The notes: generated by a model not told the origin, from the sequence alone. 64,000 bases of DNA from Eledone cirrhosa (GCA_964016885.1 OZ024743.1:278504001-278568000); one strand, 5' to 3'. Shown: positions 13,474 to 27,688, counted from the stretch's first letter. A program made the numbers and translations.

Positions 13474-16090
13474 TTTTATCTCCGTCTCTGCGCATGCGTT
13501 TGCGTGTGTATAATGTTTGGTGTATGTGTTTTGGTTTTTGTATTCTATCTTTGTTTACTAGTGTGTGTTTATATGTGTTTGTTGTTGTTGTACTTGTGTA
13601 TATATATATTTATTTATTTATTTATATTTCCCTTAAGTCAGTATTGTTTGTTTGAGTATGGTTGTTGTTGTTATTCCATTCGTTTTTTTTGTTTAACTTG
13701 GGTTTTCTAAGCACTATTTCACTCCCTTCTCTGAATTGCCTACCTGTTGGGTCATTTCTATGTTTAGATATTATTTTAATTTCTATGTTGTCTATATTAC
13801 CGCCATATCTGGCGTGTTTGTATAGTACTGAACCGTTTTATTTTGTCCTTTTAATTCCCCACAGTTTTGGTCTATTCTTGATCCTATGCTTCGAGCTGTC
13901 TCACCTATGTATGTCCTTGTCATGTTTCTGCAAGTACCCTCTGTACATCGGATGCTATAGACTACATTTCTAGTTTTACAGTTTATCTGGGGGTTTACTT
14001 TACATATAACACATTCCTTGTTACAACAGTAGCTTTTCTTAAAGGGGTGTGTTTTGCTGATCAGGGATTTTATGGTATTTCCTGGCTTTTCTATCACTTT
14101 AATCTTTAAGTGTGTCTTTCTTAGGACCTTTCTACGTTGGTTAACTAATTTTCCCCCAGGGGTAGCATCCACGAACATGACACTCTGGTATCTCTGGATA
14201 CCCTATTTTATATTTAGTCTTATCTAAGCTATTCCATGATTTGCTCCTGTCTAATGGGCAAATTCATTTCATGTCCATTCTATGAGGGTCTTATACTTCT
14301 CCGTGGCTCATTTGTATACCCTGATTCTGTCTCTTTAGTTGTAGCCAGAGAACTGCATGCGGTTGATGAAGTGTTGGATGTGTCTCTCCATTTCAGTTGG
14401 TTCGCACATGCGGGACACGTTCTTCATCACTCGTATCAAGTCTGCGATCAGAATATTAAACTTAGCACTACTGGACATTGATGAGTTTTAAGTATCTGGT
14501 ATTTGGAGGCTATGGGTTTAGCATAATGTGAGTGGAGAATTTGGGCCCTCTCGTCTATAGTGTTAATCCAGAGTTCCGTGTCTAATACTGGTAGTCTATT
14601 GTTAGGGTGCTTGGAATGGTAGTCGACAGTTACAGTTATACTGTGGTGTATGGAGTTAGCTATCTGCTGAATGCTTTCCCTTGTGCTATATTTTAAATCA
14701 TGTTCATTGTACACTCTTGTGGGGGTGTTTTTATTACTATATTAATATCGTCTACGTAACGACAGTACATGACGAGGTCTATAGCGCTCTCTTCAAGGAG
14801 ATCTTTGAGTCTCCTTTCCCACCATACCATAAATAGATTGGCAACATCACCAGCTATGCTGACGCCAATGGCTGCTCCCTCATTCTTGGTGTAAATCTTT
14901 TCATTAAATTTAAACATATGGCCCTTTAGGGTAGTTTTAATACTAGCCCCTAAAGCATGTGCGACCATTTTTCTCACCTGATCATTGTTTTTGTGTGTCC
15001 GTATGGCTCTGGTCCATCCATTCCATCTTCCCATGGGAGTCATTTTAGCCATTGCGTTTATGGTGGGGGTCTACCTCGTATGGGTCTACTGGGGCAGAAA
15101 CAGCTAACGTCATGGTTATCTAGGTACTCGGTGTCAAATGTAAGTCTAAGTAGGAGGCCCAGTTCATCTGTGTCGACTTCGCAGAACTCCACCTCGCTCT
15201 CATTGATTATTTACACACATTTTTCCACAGAAAAATCAATGTTAATGGATGGGTACAGTGATACTACATAAATACTGCCTATGATGCAGTTTTTGTGTTT
15301 TTGTTGCACTCATTGATTCTGCTGAGGAGGTCCTTTGTACTGTCACATACATCTGGGGACATCTTAATTATATAGTATAACCATCTTAGTATAACCATCG
15401 AGAGGAAGTAGGAGATCCTGTAGTTGCTAGCAATATTGGCTCCGCATACAGGTCTTGTTCGTGGTCCTGTCGTCCGACACTGGGGGGAATTAAAAGGAAA
15501 AAAGAAAAACGGTTCAGTACTATACGGACACGCCAGACAGAGACAGGTAGGCAAATCAGAGAAGCAAGTGAAATAAAGCTTAGAAAACCAAAGTTAAAGA
15601 GAAAAAACGAATGGAATAACAACAAAAACCATACCCCAGCAAACAATACTGACTTAAGAGAAATATAAATAAATAAATAAATATATACACAAGTACAATA
15701 ACAACAAGCACATATAAACACACACTAGTAAACCAAGGTAGAATACAAAAACTAAAACACATACACGCAAACGCGAACACACACACCAAACATTATACAC
15801 ACACGCACACGCATGCGCAGAGATGGAGACAAAAATAAATAAATAAAATGAAAATGGCGTAAACATTACAATACAATAGGAGGGAACATGATAATAGTAC
15901 CACAGATGATGTTGCAGATGTGCAACGAAAGAACTTTGTTAGAATATATATATATATTTATATCTGTATTTTTTTTTACCGTTGGTCAGTCGATGATAGG
16001 CATTGATTGCCAAATAAATTAACTATGTGAGTGTGTTCTGTTATTATTTCTGGCAATATTATTACAATATTACCCTCCTCAATTATAACA
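13185..16090 (-). mobile_element. Neptune-type Penelope-like element, 5'-truncated and frameshifted, with an inverted pLTR
   Basis: RT motifs GAAIGVSIAGDVANLFM, YCRYVDD, LPVLD and HYAKPIAS. GIY-YIG motif CKTRNVVYSIRC..YIGETARS. 15480-16070 is an inverted copy of 13185-13865. Confidence 0.9.
13348..13391 (-). ncRNA. Minimal type I hammerhead in the Neptune pLTR (sister copy 15898-15941 has a mutated core, CAGATGA)
   Basis: TACCA-CTGATGA-T GTTGCA GATG TGCAAC-GAAA-G AA C-TT-TGTTA. Stem I has one mismatch. Confidence 0.65.
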
Positions 16091-17559
16091 ATATATATAT
16101 ATATATATAAGACACAACCAACTTTAAATATACATACACACAGAAACACACATATATATATACATATAAAGTAGTTAATTAAAATGTGCAGCGATCCTTT
16201 AGCCATTCAGCCATGCATAGGAGTGAGTCTATACGCAGTCGCTAAACCTGCTCTAAATATCAGTCAAACTATATTTCCCTTAAACTATCTGAAATAAGGA
16301 AGTTAATGATGACATAGAAATAATATATATATAGAACGAAATACTTGATGGTTATTATTAAAACCGTTTTTTTTCAAATTTCTTTTTGGGATTAGACGTG
16401 CCTTGGGGCTAACAACAACAAAAAAATACAAAATAGCAGATGCAATAGCTAAGACATTTAAATAAGAGGGCCAAAAAGAAAACAAAAGAAGAACAAAATA
16501 AACCTATCGATGCTGAACAATTTCCATGGCATCACTGACCAGTATCATGCTGCTTTCGTCGCCTTAGACAGATTTAACTAAACTAAAAAAACAAAGCTTA
16601 GAACAATGAAAAAAACAAAGCACGCACAGAAAATACATTTTTTTCTCATAGTAATAAAGTTGTATGCATTTGACGTTTGCAAATGAGAATATTTTCATTT
16701 TTGTTTGTTTGGGGACGTGTTTTGATTTGCTGTGTAGTCGATTTACTGTTTGGTTGGTTGCGTTAGTTGCTCTTAATGTTTGAAGGCCTAACAAGCAAAA
16801 TGTTAATGTATTCTTTGAAAGTAACAATAAAAGTGAGTTAAATCGCAATTTCATACTAGACAAAAAGGAACCTGTGTGTTTGAAATGTCACAAACTAATG
16901 AGAACAGAAATAGATGGCAACAGTGGTGTCGTCGTCACTGGGGCAGCATCATGGTTTAGTGACCCTGTTAAAGTCACAGCCTATTGAGAATAGTAAGAAG
17001 ATGGAGGCGTCGGTGTTGTAGTCACTGGAGCACCCGTCTTATTGCGTGACAGTAATGTCTTTCACTGACCCTTTACCTAACACTTCTCAATAACATTACA
17101 ATATGGCTCATGCTAAACTCGATGGCAATAATTCATACTATTATTAATTTTATTAATATAATTATTGAGTCTCTCGAGACGTGGTAAAGATCAGTGGAGT
17201 AAGTTTATTGTTTGTTAACGTGTTTCTAAAATATATTTGTCAGAATATTTTATATATTGTTGTGGCCAAAGAAACCATCTCTTTGGGGAGATTGTTGGTT
17301 TCCCTCTATCTGTAGTCCCCAAGGAGTAAATCTGTGTTTATTTTTAAAAAAAAACGCCATCATTAAAAAAGACAAGTCAGAGGAGGCAACAGTCGGTTGT
17401 CCAGAAAATGAAATGGGAAAGGTTCGATAGGATCAAAAAGCAGCGACAAAAGCGTCATCATCATCAACAACAGCAGTAGCCGCCGCAGAACAGCACAGGA
17501 CCATTTCTTCAATATAAACTAGAAGGATGAATTGTCAGAGGTAATACAGGAGCTTTAAA

Positions 17560-18545
17560 ATCACAAACGAACGAAAGCCGTCCAATGGTCACGAGTGGCA
17601 GAAACGCAGCGTCATAATTCGTTCCTTAGTAAATGCTTCTCGATTCCCAGCAGAAGTGTGGTTTTTTAGCGGCAATTTTCTCAAAAATTCAGAGTAAGCG
17701 GGGAAACGAAGAGAGTGGTGAACTCTATTTCCTACCTTGGTGGCTTGCCGCAACTATCGATGGAAGTTGCGGAGTGCTGCGAAAAACCGACAACACAAGC
17801 CAAAATAATGGAAGATACGGACAGCTCTACGGGGCGAAGTTCTCCCGTTTGGATGGCCTACCTTACGAGCTTTACGTAGATATGCCAAACTTGTTCGCCG
17901 ATGTCATCATAGTTGTCTACTGCAGTGGCAACTGGCAACAGAATTCCAAGTTCTATAAGCCGAGGAGAGGTAACACTGATGAGTAAAGACGTGAACAAGG
18001 GTGAATAATGGAAAATTTCTGGCCCATAACTCTTCTAAACAGAGAGTTTGAGATATTGGTCAGGTATTAGCAATAAGCTTTGCGCTTGTTGTCAAGAATT
18101 TCCGCTGCTATGTACAATTGTGACCAGGTCAATACACGACAATGGCTTTTTTATTGCGATACATCATAGAGAGAATGGGAAGAAAGCTTGGTTTTGGTGG
18201 AATTCTGATCAATAAAGATCAATCTAAATCTTTCAATAGGGACGACCATATTTACTTTGTGGTTGTCCTTTCGGGTTCGCTGTCGTTCTTAGAGCCTGGA
18301 TCGATTGAAGGAACAGCCGCATCTGCTCGGTGGTCAGAATAAATGCCCACCTATCTCAATCTGTTCAGATATTGCACTCAGTCCATAAATATGTGGCTTT
18401 GTCGTGGTTCAACAGCGCCGTCGGTTGCTTGAGAGTAGGCAAGGGGAAATGTTCGGTTTCAGGTTCTGTCCAGACCTTCAAATGGTTAAGAACTCGGAAG
18501 AAGTAATGGACACGATGTTCCTTGTTTCATCAGGACCTTATTTCA
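17560..18545 (+). mobile_element. Degenerate L1/Tx1-clade LINE RT fragment
   Basis: Translated remnants KFSRLDGLPYELY, ILINKDQSKSFNRDDH and FGFRFCPDLQMVKNSEEV. Homologous to the relic at 20900-22430. Confidence 0.65.
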
Positions 18546-18789
18546 CCAGTTACACCAGTAATGTAAAAAATGTAATCTGGTTCCATTGTTTACTATACAA
18601 CTATGTGGTTATGAAGAATTATCCATCTGTAAAACCCACAAAAACTACATAAAATACGCCCTCTATCATGTCATACAAAAATTAATATAGATTTGTGAAA
18701 CAGAAAACTGACAGACAAAACAAAATAAAATATGAATGAAGGCAATAGCACTGTTACCTGGTACGGAAAAGTCATCTCATTATTAAGAT

Positions 18790-19190
18790 TCGGACAACAT
18801 GCTTTGCGGCATTGAGTTACGGCCCTTTTCTTCTGAGCTCAAATCCCGCCGAAGTTACCTGTGCCTTTCATCCTTACGATGTCGATAAAATAAAGTACCT
18901 GTAACGAACTGTGGTCAATGTAATCGACTTTGCCTATCCATAAAATTGTTGTCTTTATGACTAAATAAAAATTAATTAAGATTCGGACAGGGAGGTGGAT
19001 GGGCAGAATCAATTGGACAAAATGCCTAGCAGCATCTAGTTATGGTAATGTAACCTTTGAGTTCAAATCTCGCTGAGGTTTTTATTTTTGCATGTCTGGC
19101 TTCAAAGGTCGGTAAAACAAAGCATAAGTTAAGTAGTGAAGTCAATTTAATCGACTCCTGCCCCTATGATTGTTGGTCTTCTGCCTAAAC
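18790..19190 (+). mobile_element. Two diverged SINE copies
   Basis: CTGAGCTCAAATCCCGCCGAAG..GCCTTTCATCCTTACGATGTCGATAAAATAAAGTACC, followed by a second, more decayed unit. Confidence 0.7.
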
Positions 19191-20162
19191 ATCTTTGATT
19201 TGAGCCAACGATGATGCCTTAGCCAGTGAAGAATGGCAGCCAAACCCACCTGAAATTATATGAAGGATAAATCTTGTACTGTATTTAATCATATGTCTAC
19301 TCTATCAGTGTTGATCTGGGGATTCATTCACGTAAATGAATTATCACTTCTTAAGAGAGGATGGAACCTCTATCGCATAATATGATCACTGAGACCATCA
19401 CCTCCATTCTGCAACATTTGCTTCCACTGCTGATTTATTTTTCCATTCCTACTTTTCATTATTTTCCATTATTTTCAATGTTATTTTTTATGCATGTTAA
19501 ATTTTTTGTAAAAATTTTAAGAATTTATTGCGTGTAAATTATAGATGTTTCTGAAGGAAAAATGCGGGGATGGTGGAAAGGATAGTGGATGCAATAATAG
19601 CGAAGGTGGTCGAGTTGGCAAATTTGTAGGAGATATTCTTTCTTTCCGTATTACGTTCTCTCTGTTCTCTATTATCTCGCGTTCTCACTCTTTCCCGCAC
19701 CCTCACTATCTCCCGCTCCCCCTCTCGCATTCCCTCCATTTCATTCTCTCTTTTTTCTCTCCTTCTCTCATTCCCCCCCCCCCCCCCCCTCTTCCCTCTC
19801 TACTTCATTCTCTCTCATATACATACACATACTTCTTTAAGATACCATTATGCATTAAATAATACGATACTATATTTTTCTACTTTCGCTTTTGGCATTT
19901 CCTGTCTTCTTGTAATTTTTCCTTCCCTCTTATTCCCGGAGTTTCATTGGTAATTAGATACATGAAGATTTCACTATTGTCATTCATTATGAAGAGAAAG
20001 ACGAAGAAAAAGAAAACGAAAGAAAGAGATGGGTGGCAGAGAGACAGACAAATAGGCAGGAAGAGAAACCATGAAATGAGAGCGATAGAAAAAAACAAAA
20101 ACGATTACACACGTTTTGCGCTTTCATACATATTAGTATACAAGTATACACACACATACACT

Positions 20163-20234
<72 letters not shown>

Positions 20235-20250
20235 CTTATATCTATATACA

Positions 20251-20351
<101 letters not shown>

Positions 20352-20899
20352 AGGTTTATATTAGATGAAGAGACGCTTACATAAATATATTGGTTGTTAA
20401 ACAGGAGGGCTAGTTTCGTGTTCTCTGTGGCGCTTTAATTGGTCTGTCTATTTATATGTATATATTTATCTAGCAATTCTTTAGATACTGCAACGTACAC
20501 TGATAGATAAAGAGAGAGAGAGAAGGTGAGAGAGGGGGAGGGGAGAGAGAGGCAGGGAGAGAAAGAGAGGGAGAAATAGAGAGAGACAGATAGACACCGA
20601 AAGGGGATCTGCTGAACAGAGAAAAAGAGAAATTAAAGGAGAGGGAGGGATGAGAAAAAAGATAAAAAAAACTTTTATCTAACTCACAAATGAAAGCTTC
20701 TGATTTAGGGTCGATGTGGGATGGGAATTATATATATTTTTATGTGAGGCAGACCAGTTTATAAATGAAGAAGAACGATCTGAACTCTAACTTTTTATTT
20801 TTATTTTATGTCCTGTATCTCGCGTGTTCCGAATGTATTTTGATAGTGTAGTGATGTACTCTATGGAACAGTGTTGATCGATTTAGGCTTTAAGCAGAT

Positions 20900-22430
20900 A
20901 CTTCATAAAACCACTGTATGTACCTGTAATATACCATGTCAAAAGGATTTTAGTATTAGTCAAGAAAGAAGTACACTGAAATCTCCATCCCACAGGCACC
21001 TGCTTAGAGAAGGCCAATTTACTCGGGCTATCCTCGCTGAATTTAACCACCTTATAGAAAATGGGATGGAGGAGTGGCCAGCACATCCATCTCCACCCTC
21101 AACTTCCTTTCCAAGTTGACGTTGAAAAAGATTGGTGAGGGCTTGAGATGTACGATTGTCAGCAATGCGGACAAAACGGTTTTGTTGCTCTGCACACATC
21201 TCGGAGAAGTGCATCTGACAGGACTTACTCGCATGTAGAGTTTGTCTCGAATCAGCAGTGCCTCTCGGTAGCACCGCTAGGTCAGGTATATCTGGAAATC
21301 ATGCACAGGTCCCGGACCGAAATACCTCCGTAAGAGACTGGCTAGTTATCGTCGAAGTCTAGAGTCTCCCCGACAATGTCATGGCAATTCCCCACCACTA
21401 GAACTCTAGAGAACGCCAACGTAGAATGTCTGCAAGTGCAGTAGCCTCAGTGCCTGTCTGTGCATATTCAGTGACGCTATTCCCAGTCCTCCGCGCAAAG
21501 TGGGTTGGGATAGTTGGACCACCTGACCAATGGAATCCGTCCCTTAAACAAGAAATCGACGAGCAAGCGCTCCAGCCTGGTTAGGTAAGAACTGGGGCAA
21601 GGCATGAGAGTCAGGCGGTAATAGATGACAGAAACAATGCACGTTTTCACCACATTCACCCGAAATTTCAGTGATAGTTCCTCTCGGATGATGTCCGTGT
21701 AAGCGTGACCTCCGCGATCGTTGCTTCGCCCCAGTTCCTAACTACCTGGAGGTCTGTGACAAACCAGACGCCGATCAACTTTACCGAACCCTCCGACCGG
21801 TGTCCCATTACTTTGTTAAGCGCCATGGATTTGTCTCTGTAGCTGCTGAGCGGAAAACTCATCAAGTTGGCCGTGTTGATCTCAGCTCACGTCAACTTTT
21901 CCTATTCCAATAAGTTTCGATAGGTAGATATTTACTGTGACTTCTGAGGAAACACCACTATGCATTGAAGCGAACCAGCTTCTGGTGTCTGGAGCGAAAC
22001 CGACTAATTTGAAGATGGTCGTGGAGTAAAGATTTTTGACCCTATCGAAAGCATTAGCTTGATCTAAATTTATCATGGCCCCACAAACGCTGAGATCATT
22101 CCGTACACTCTCTATATTGCATAGCATGAGTTGGAGGTTGTCTGTATTGATCTGGTCTCGATTGCACATATTTGCACTTCCCGAAGTAGAATCTTAACGA
22201 CAAACACCAACCTCGTTGCTAACACCTTGGCCAAAATCTTGAACTCTGTGTTGAACAGAATTATGGACCGGATATTTTCAATTACGTTCCCTTGTTCACG
22301 TCTTTCCTCATCGCGAACAGAATAGGAAATTGTCCCTGCTGTTGTCAATTGCAGTAGAGAGCTTGGTCGATATCGGCGACGAAATCTGGCATATTTTACG
22401 ATCAAACAACCCTCTGAAACGATCGCAAAG
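20900..22430 (-). mobile_element. Degenerate L1/Tx1-clade LINE ORF2 fragment
   Basis: IILFNTEFKILAKVLATRL, AMINLDQANAFDRV, VKLIGVWF..DLQVVRNW and VIYYRLTLMPCP, spread across frameshifted ORFs. Confidence 0.75.
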
Positions 22431-22672
22431 CAATGAACTAATGAGTTACCTATCTTTGACTTTGGTTTTCTTTTCATTGTTTTATACACACATACGTGCT
22501 TATATATAAATAATTCTGTAACTTGCGCAGTCTTCTATGAGGAAACCTTTCTTGCTAAGCACCTACCACAAAAACTATAGGACTTACCGCCCACCATCGC
22601 TGAAACTATCTCTTCAAGGCCACATTGAGTTCTAACCACATTATCGACCCCACCAAAAACAGCTGGGAACCT

Positions 22673-22694
<22 letters not shown>

Positions 22695-22716
<22 letters not shown>

Positions 22717-22905
22717 CGAGGGAAAAGTGGTAAGGAACCAGGTGGACCATAACGCACCAAAGTACTCAATACTTAGGGTAGTAGAGTGGGTAATAGGAGT
22801 AAGTAAGACCCCGACGGCTGAGCTCAAGCCGTTTCGACGGCTAATTCTGTACTGAATTAGCCGTCGAAACGGCTTGAGCTCAGCCGTCAGAGTCTTACTT
22901 ACTCC
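22695..22905 (-). mobile_element. Second copy of the fold-back half-hammerhead element
   Basis: Palindrome 22793-22908 centred on AATTCTGTACTGAATT. The tail matches 5212-5290 inverted. Flanked by (TA)n. Confidence 0.75.
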
Positions 22906-22991
<86 letters not shown>

Positions 22992-23450
22992 TAGACGGAA
23001 TAGAAAATGCTGACAAATTGTTCACAGTTGTAAAATGGTTTAATTAGGAGTAAAAGAGTATTAGTGATTGTATGGGTTAGTATTCAGTTGTGGTTTTAAG
23101 TTTTTAAGTTTTTACCGGTTGCGCATTTCTAAATGCTTTTCAAAAATAATTTTGAGATAGAGTGTCCGTGCTGTTTGCTCTGATCTGATTAGTTTTGGGA
23201 ATTCTACCTGTTTTTATGTTAAAAAAGTGGCTCCAATTTGCAAAAATTCTTGTGGTCAAAACAATTTTGATTGGTCGGTAGAGGTCATGTGAATGTAAAA
23301 AATTGATTTTGCGCCAAGACTGTTTTTATGTTAAAAAAGTGGCTCCAGCAAAAATTCTTGTGGTCAAAACAATTTTGATTGGTCGGTAGAGGTCATGTGA
23401 ATAAAAAATTGGTTTTGCGTCAAGATTGAGAAATGACTCTTTCACAACAA

Positions 23451-23492
<42 letters not shown>

Positions 23493-23568
23493 TAGTAGTA
23501 GTAAGGTGTTCGATGTTGTGATAATGGTTAGCAGCGATGTGTGTCAAATGGGTATTAAGATAAGTGTG

Positions 23569-23601
<33 letters not shown>

Positions 23602-23725
23602 ATAGCAGAGTAATTCATGGTGGCAGGGATGGTCAGTAAGAATGTGTCTGAAAGCAATGGGGGGTATTTTAGCATGTCAAAAGATATTTTTCAGCTTTTG
23701 TCTTATACGGAGAAGTGTGTGTGTG

Positions 23726-23762
<37 letters not shown>

Positions 23763-23901
23763 ACCAGTATTTTTTTCCCCCTGGTAAAATGGTGTACATT
23801 ATTCGATTTTTTCAGTAAAATCGGTTCTCTTAATAGAACATCAAAAATCTTAACAATAAAAGGTGTGAAATGATATTCACTATATATATATATACACATA
23901 C

Positions 23902-23979
<78 letters not shown>

Positions 23980-24125
23980 CATATATACATACATATGTGC
24001 ACATATATTTTTTTGTGTTGCACCATAGCGCATGTGTGTTTACGTATGTCATTGTGTTTATATGTGGGTAGAGATGTGTGCTGATGTAGGTATGTATGTT
24101 GACGTGTGTATGTTGTGGGTTCGTC

Positions 24126-25603
24126 TTAGGGAGAAGTGTTTAGACGGGGTCCGTATTTGTTAATGAAGTAAGATTCCTTGCTGATGCGCTGGGTATGGGT
24201 GGCATTATCTTTAAATTTGTAGAGGGGAAAAATTCCGAAGTTGGGATGATTTTGGGCGGCACAGGTATCAATGTGTTCACTCAGTGGTATTTTCCTGTAT
24301 TCCCGTATTTTGATTTGGGATCTATGGACAGTCATGCGTTGGCGGAGGCTGTTTTTGGTCTGGCCTATGTATTGTTCTCGACAACCTGAACAAGTTAATA
24401 CATATATTAGATTTTCCGATGCACATGTGAAATTGTGTTTTACTATAAAACGTTGTCCATCTTTGAAATAGAATTCCGAACCCTCTATTAGGTTGATGCA
24501 AATGCCACAGTTGGGTCTATCGCATTTTTTTACTGTGGGTTTCGTTGTTGTGGTTGGCAGTACTTTGGCATGTGTTAAGACGTTTTTCATTGACTTGGAT
24601 TGTCTTTTGCTCTTTATGATATCATGTGTTCGTAGAATTTGGTTCATTCTATGGTCCTTTTTCAATACAGGGATGTTCTGGAGGATGGTGTCAAAGGCCT
24701 CATTGTTGAGGGGGTTGTGTGTGGAGATGTATGGAAGAGCTTTTAGTTTTGGTTGATTTACTTTAGGGTGTCTAAGGTCCTGGGTACTGAGTTTTAGGGC
24801 ACGTTGGATTCCATTGTCAATTAGTGATGCAGGGTAGTCCCTGCCTATGAGTGTGTCCTTTAGTTCTTGTAGCCGTAAGTAGCAGATGTTTTTATTGGAG
24901 ACTATAGTACAGATTCTCTTGGCTAAGTTGTAGGGAATATTAATTTTAACGTGTCTAGGGTGGCAAGAGTTGAAGGGGAGATATTGCTTGGAGTCTGTGG
25001 GCTTGTAGTATATGTCTGTTTCTATTTTTTTGTTATGGATCTTAATGAGGATGTCGAAGGGGAGTTGTTGATGGCTGTATTCAATCGTGAAGTTAATATT
25101 TGTGTTGAGCCCATTTATAAGGGTGTGAAATTCTTTAAGTTTTTCGATGTTTTCGTGCCAAAGGATGAAGCAGTCATCTAGATATCGCTTCCAGTTCCTT
25201 TCAATGTGTAAGTGGAGGGTGTTTCCAAATTTGTTTAGGACTTTAGTGTAGAGGGTGATTTCCAGGTATCCCATGACTAGGTTGGCATAAGTGGGGGCTG
25301 TTTTCGTTCCCATAGCGGTCCCAGATTTCTGCCTGTAGGGTTTGTTATTGAAAACGAAGTAATTGTTCTCCAAGATAAATTTGAGTCCCTCTATCACGAA
25401 TTCTTTTTTGATGCGTTGTGGGAGTTCATTGTGGAAATTGTCCAGCCAGAATTGGATAGCTTCTATTCCTAGGTTGTGGGGGATGTTGGAGTATAGGTTG
25501 ACTACATCGAACGTCACTAGTAGGGTTTGTTCAGAAAGTGGCATATTAGGGAGGTGATTGAGCATATCTAGGTCGTCCCTTATATAGCTTTTGTTGTGCT
25601 TGA

Positions 25604-25607
<4 letters not shown>
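24126..25607 (-). CDS. Penelope/Poseidon-type RT plus GIY-YIG endonuclease, 5'-truncated at a (TA)n tract with the frame still open
   Basis: LVTFDVVNLYSNI, QKSGTAMGT, KRYLDDCF, YYKPTD, SCHPRH, CDRPNCGIC, NLIYVLTC..YIGQT and a terminal PRLN. Confidence 0.92.
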
Positions 25608-25643
<36 letters not shown>

Positions 25644-25756
25644 CTTGATCACCTTGACCGACCAGTCTGTCGGGCATCCATTCAGCGCCGCTGGTCACAG
25701 CACGTCCTGCTATTTTAGCCATGAGATAACGTCATCCCACTGGCTGGGTGGGCAGG

Positions 25757-25795
<39 letters not shown>

Positions 25796-26132
25796 ACAGG
25801 GAGAAAGAGACGATTATTAGGAAGAAAAATATATTTCCTTTTATATATATATATTCATTTAATAAAAGCAACATAAGGCCGAACTGGAGATATCCCTTTA
25901 CAGTTTTATTGTTGCAATATATATTTCAATGATCTGGTTACGGCAGACCCTGGCGACAACTTCAGGCTAGCATTGCATAAGTAGTTAATAAATAAAAGGA
26001 ATTACGGCAAACACAGAGAACAGAATACATTTGATTCAGGGATAGCCCGCGAATTCGGTGTTATTGTTGCGGTAGACCATATCTTATATATATATATGTG
26101 TGTGTGTATATATATATTTATACACACATAGA

Positions 26133-26202
<70 letters not shown>

Positions 26203-26205
<3 letters not shown>

Positions 26206-26643
26206 TATTCAAAATATTTATAAATGAAAAATATTCTCATAATCTAAATATATATTTTATTATACATATTTCCAAGGTACAATTGTGTTTAAGTACGTTT
26301 TCATCAGATAAAATATAAGATTTGATATGTGACATACCGCTACGGCTTTGATTATTCAATTCCAATATTGACTGCCAATATTGGAATTGAATAATCAAAA
26401 CCGTTAGCGGTATGTCACATATCAAATCTTATATTTTGTCGGATGAAAACGTACTTAAACACCATTGTACTTTGGAAATATGTATAATAAAATATATATT
26501 TTGATTATGAGAATATTTTTCATTTATTAATATTTTGAATAATATTAAATACTCCAGGAAAATCCATTGTCGAGTGCTTCTAATCTATTGTAAAATTGTA
26601 TTCGTTGAATAATCAACGAACCATATTAATCTTTGGTTTTAAA
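26203..26643. mobile_element. Fold-back element with a hammerhead in each arm and a ~95-nt tail
   Basis: Arms 26203-26368 and 26376-26546 are inverted repeats. The tail starts ATACTC..GAGTGCT. Flanked by (TA)n. Confidence 0.8.
26251..26317 (-). ncRNA. Type I hammerhead (plus-strand sister 26430-26495 has core CGGATGA)
   Basis: TATATTTTAT-CTGATGA-..GTAC..GTAC..-GAAA-TATGTA-TA-ATAAAATATA, giving a 10-bp stem I. Confidence 0.75.
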
Positions 26644-26651
26644 TATATATA

Positions 26652-27393
26652 CAGGGTGTCCCAAAAAATTTGACATCATTTCGCAGGCCAATAATTTTGG
26701 CAATTCTTGTTGAAATAACCTTAAATTTTCACAGAATGTATAGAAACAGATCAAGATTTTATATTTAATGTTTTATATTTTTCTCTTTTCAGGTTGAGAA
26801 ATGCCGTTCACTTCCAAACAAAAGTCATTTTGCGTCTTGGAATATGCTCGAACACAGTCACACAAGCCTGTGCAGAGTGCCTTCAATGCAAAATTTGGAA
26901 AAACGTCACCAACTGGCAAACAAATTTGGACCTGGTACCAAACATTTAAAGAGGAAGGCTGCTTATGCAGGGCTAAAGGATCTGGAAGATCATCATCAAC
27001 ATCAGAAGAGAAGGTCGAGCAAGTTCGTGAAAAACTCTTGCGAAGCCCCAAGAAGTCTGTAAGGAGAACAAGTTTGGAAACCCAGATTCTGCGAATGACG
27101 GTTTGGCGTATCCTGAGGATACTGTTTGCCAGTTGGTGACTTTTTTCCAAATTTTGCATTGAAGGCACGCTGCACAGTCTTGGGTGACTGTGTTCGAGCA
27201 TATTCCAAGACGCAAAATGACTTTTCTTTGGAAGTGAACGGCATTTCTCAACCTGAAAAGAGAAAAATATAAAACATTAAATATAAAATCTTGATCTGTT
27301 TCTATACATTCTTTGAAAATTTGAGGTTATTTCAACAAGAATTGCCAAAATTATTGGCCTGCGAAATGATGTCAAATTTTTTGGGACACCCTG
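26652..27393. mobile_element. Tc1/mariner fold-back made of two left ends
   Basis: TA-CAGGGTGTCCC...GGGACACCCTG-TA with ~270-bp inverted arms. Both arms encode the start of a DUF4817-like HTH transposase N-terminus (MPFTSKQKSFCVLEYARTQS..., ORF 26801-27139). Confidence 0.88.
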
Positions 27394-27657
27394 TATATTT
27401 GCATTTTTGAACATCCCTGCACGTCTAGTAATTCCTATTGGAACATGTTTTGTAAGTATAAATGGTCCCTGGTGGCAAATAAATACAAATATTTTATTAT
27501 TATTATTGTTAATATTTGTTAGGTTAATTAGAATAATCTCCCACCGAAACAGACAAAGGATCACGAACAATTAAGCCGTTAATTCTCTTTCTCACACGCA
27601 AATTTAATGAATAAGACGTCAATTCCTTTGATTAGGAATATCATTTACAAACACGTC

Positions 27658-27688
<31 letters not shown>

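Noticed and set aside
23207-23427. ~114-bp tandem duplication
   Set aside because: A real but ordinary local duplication in the probable Penelope 3' UTR.
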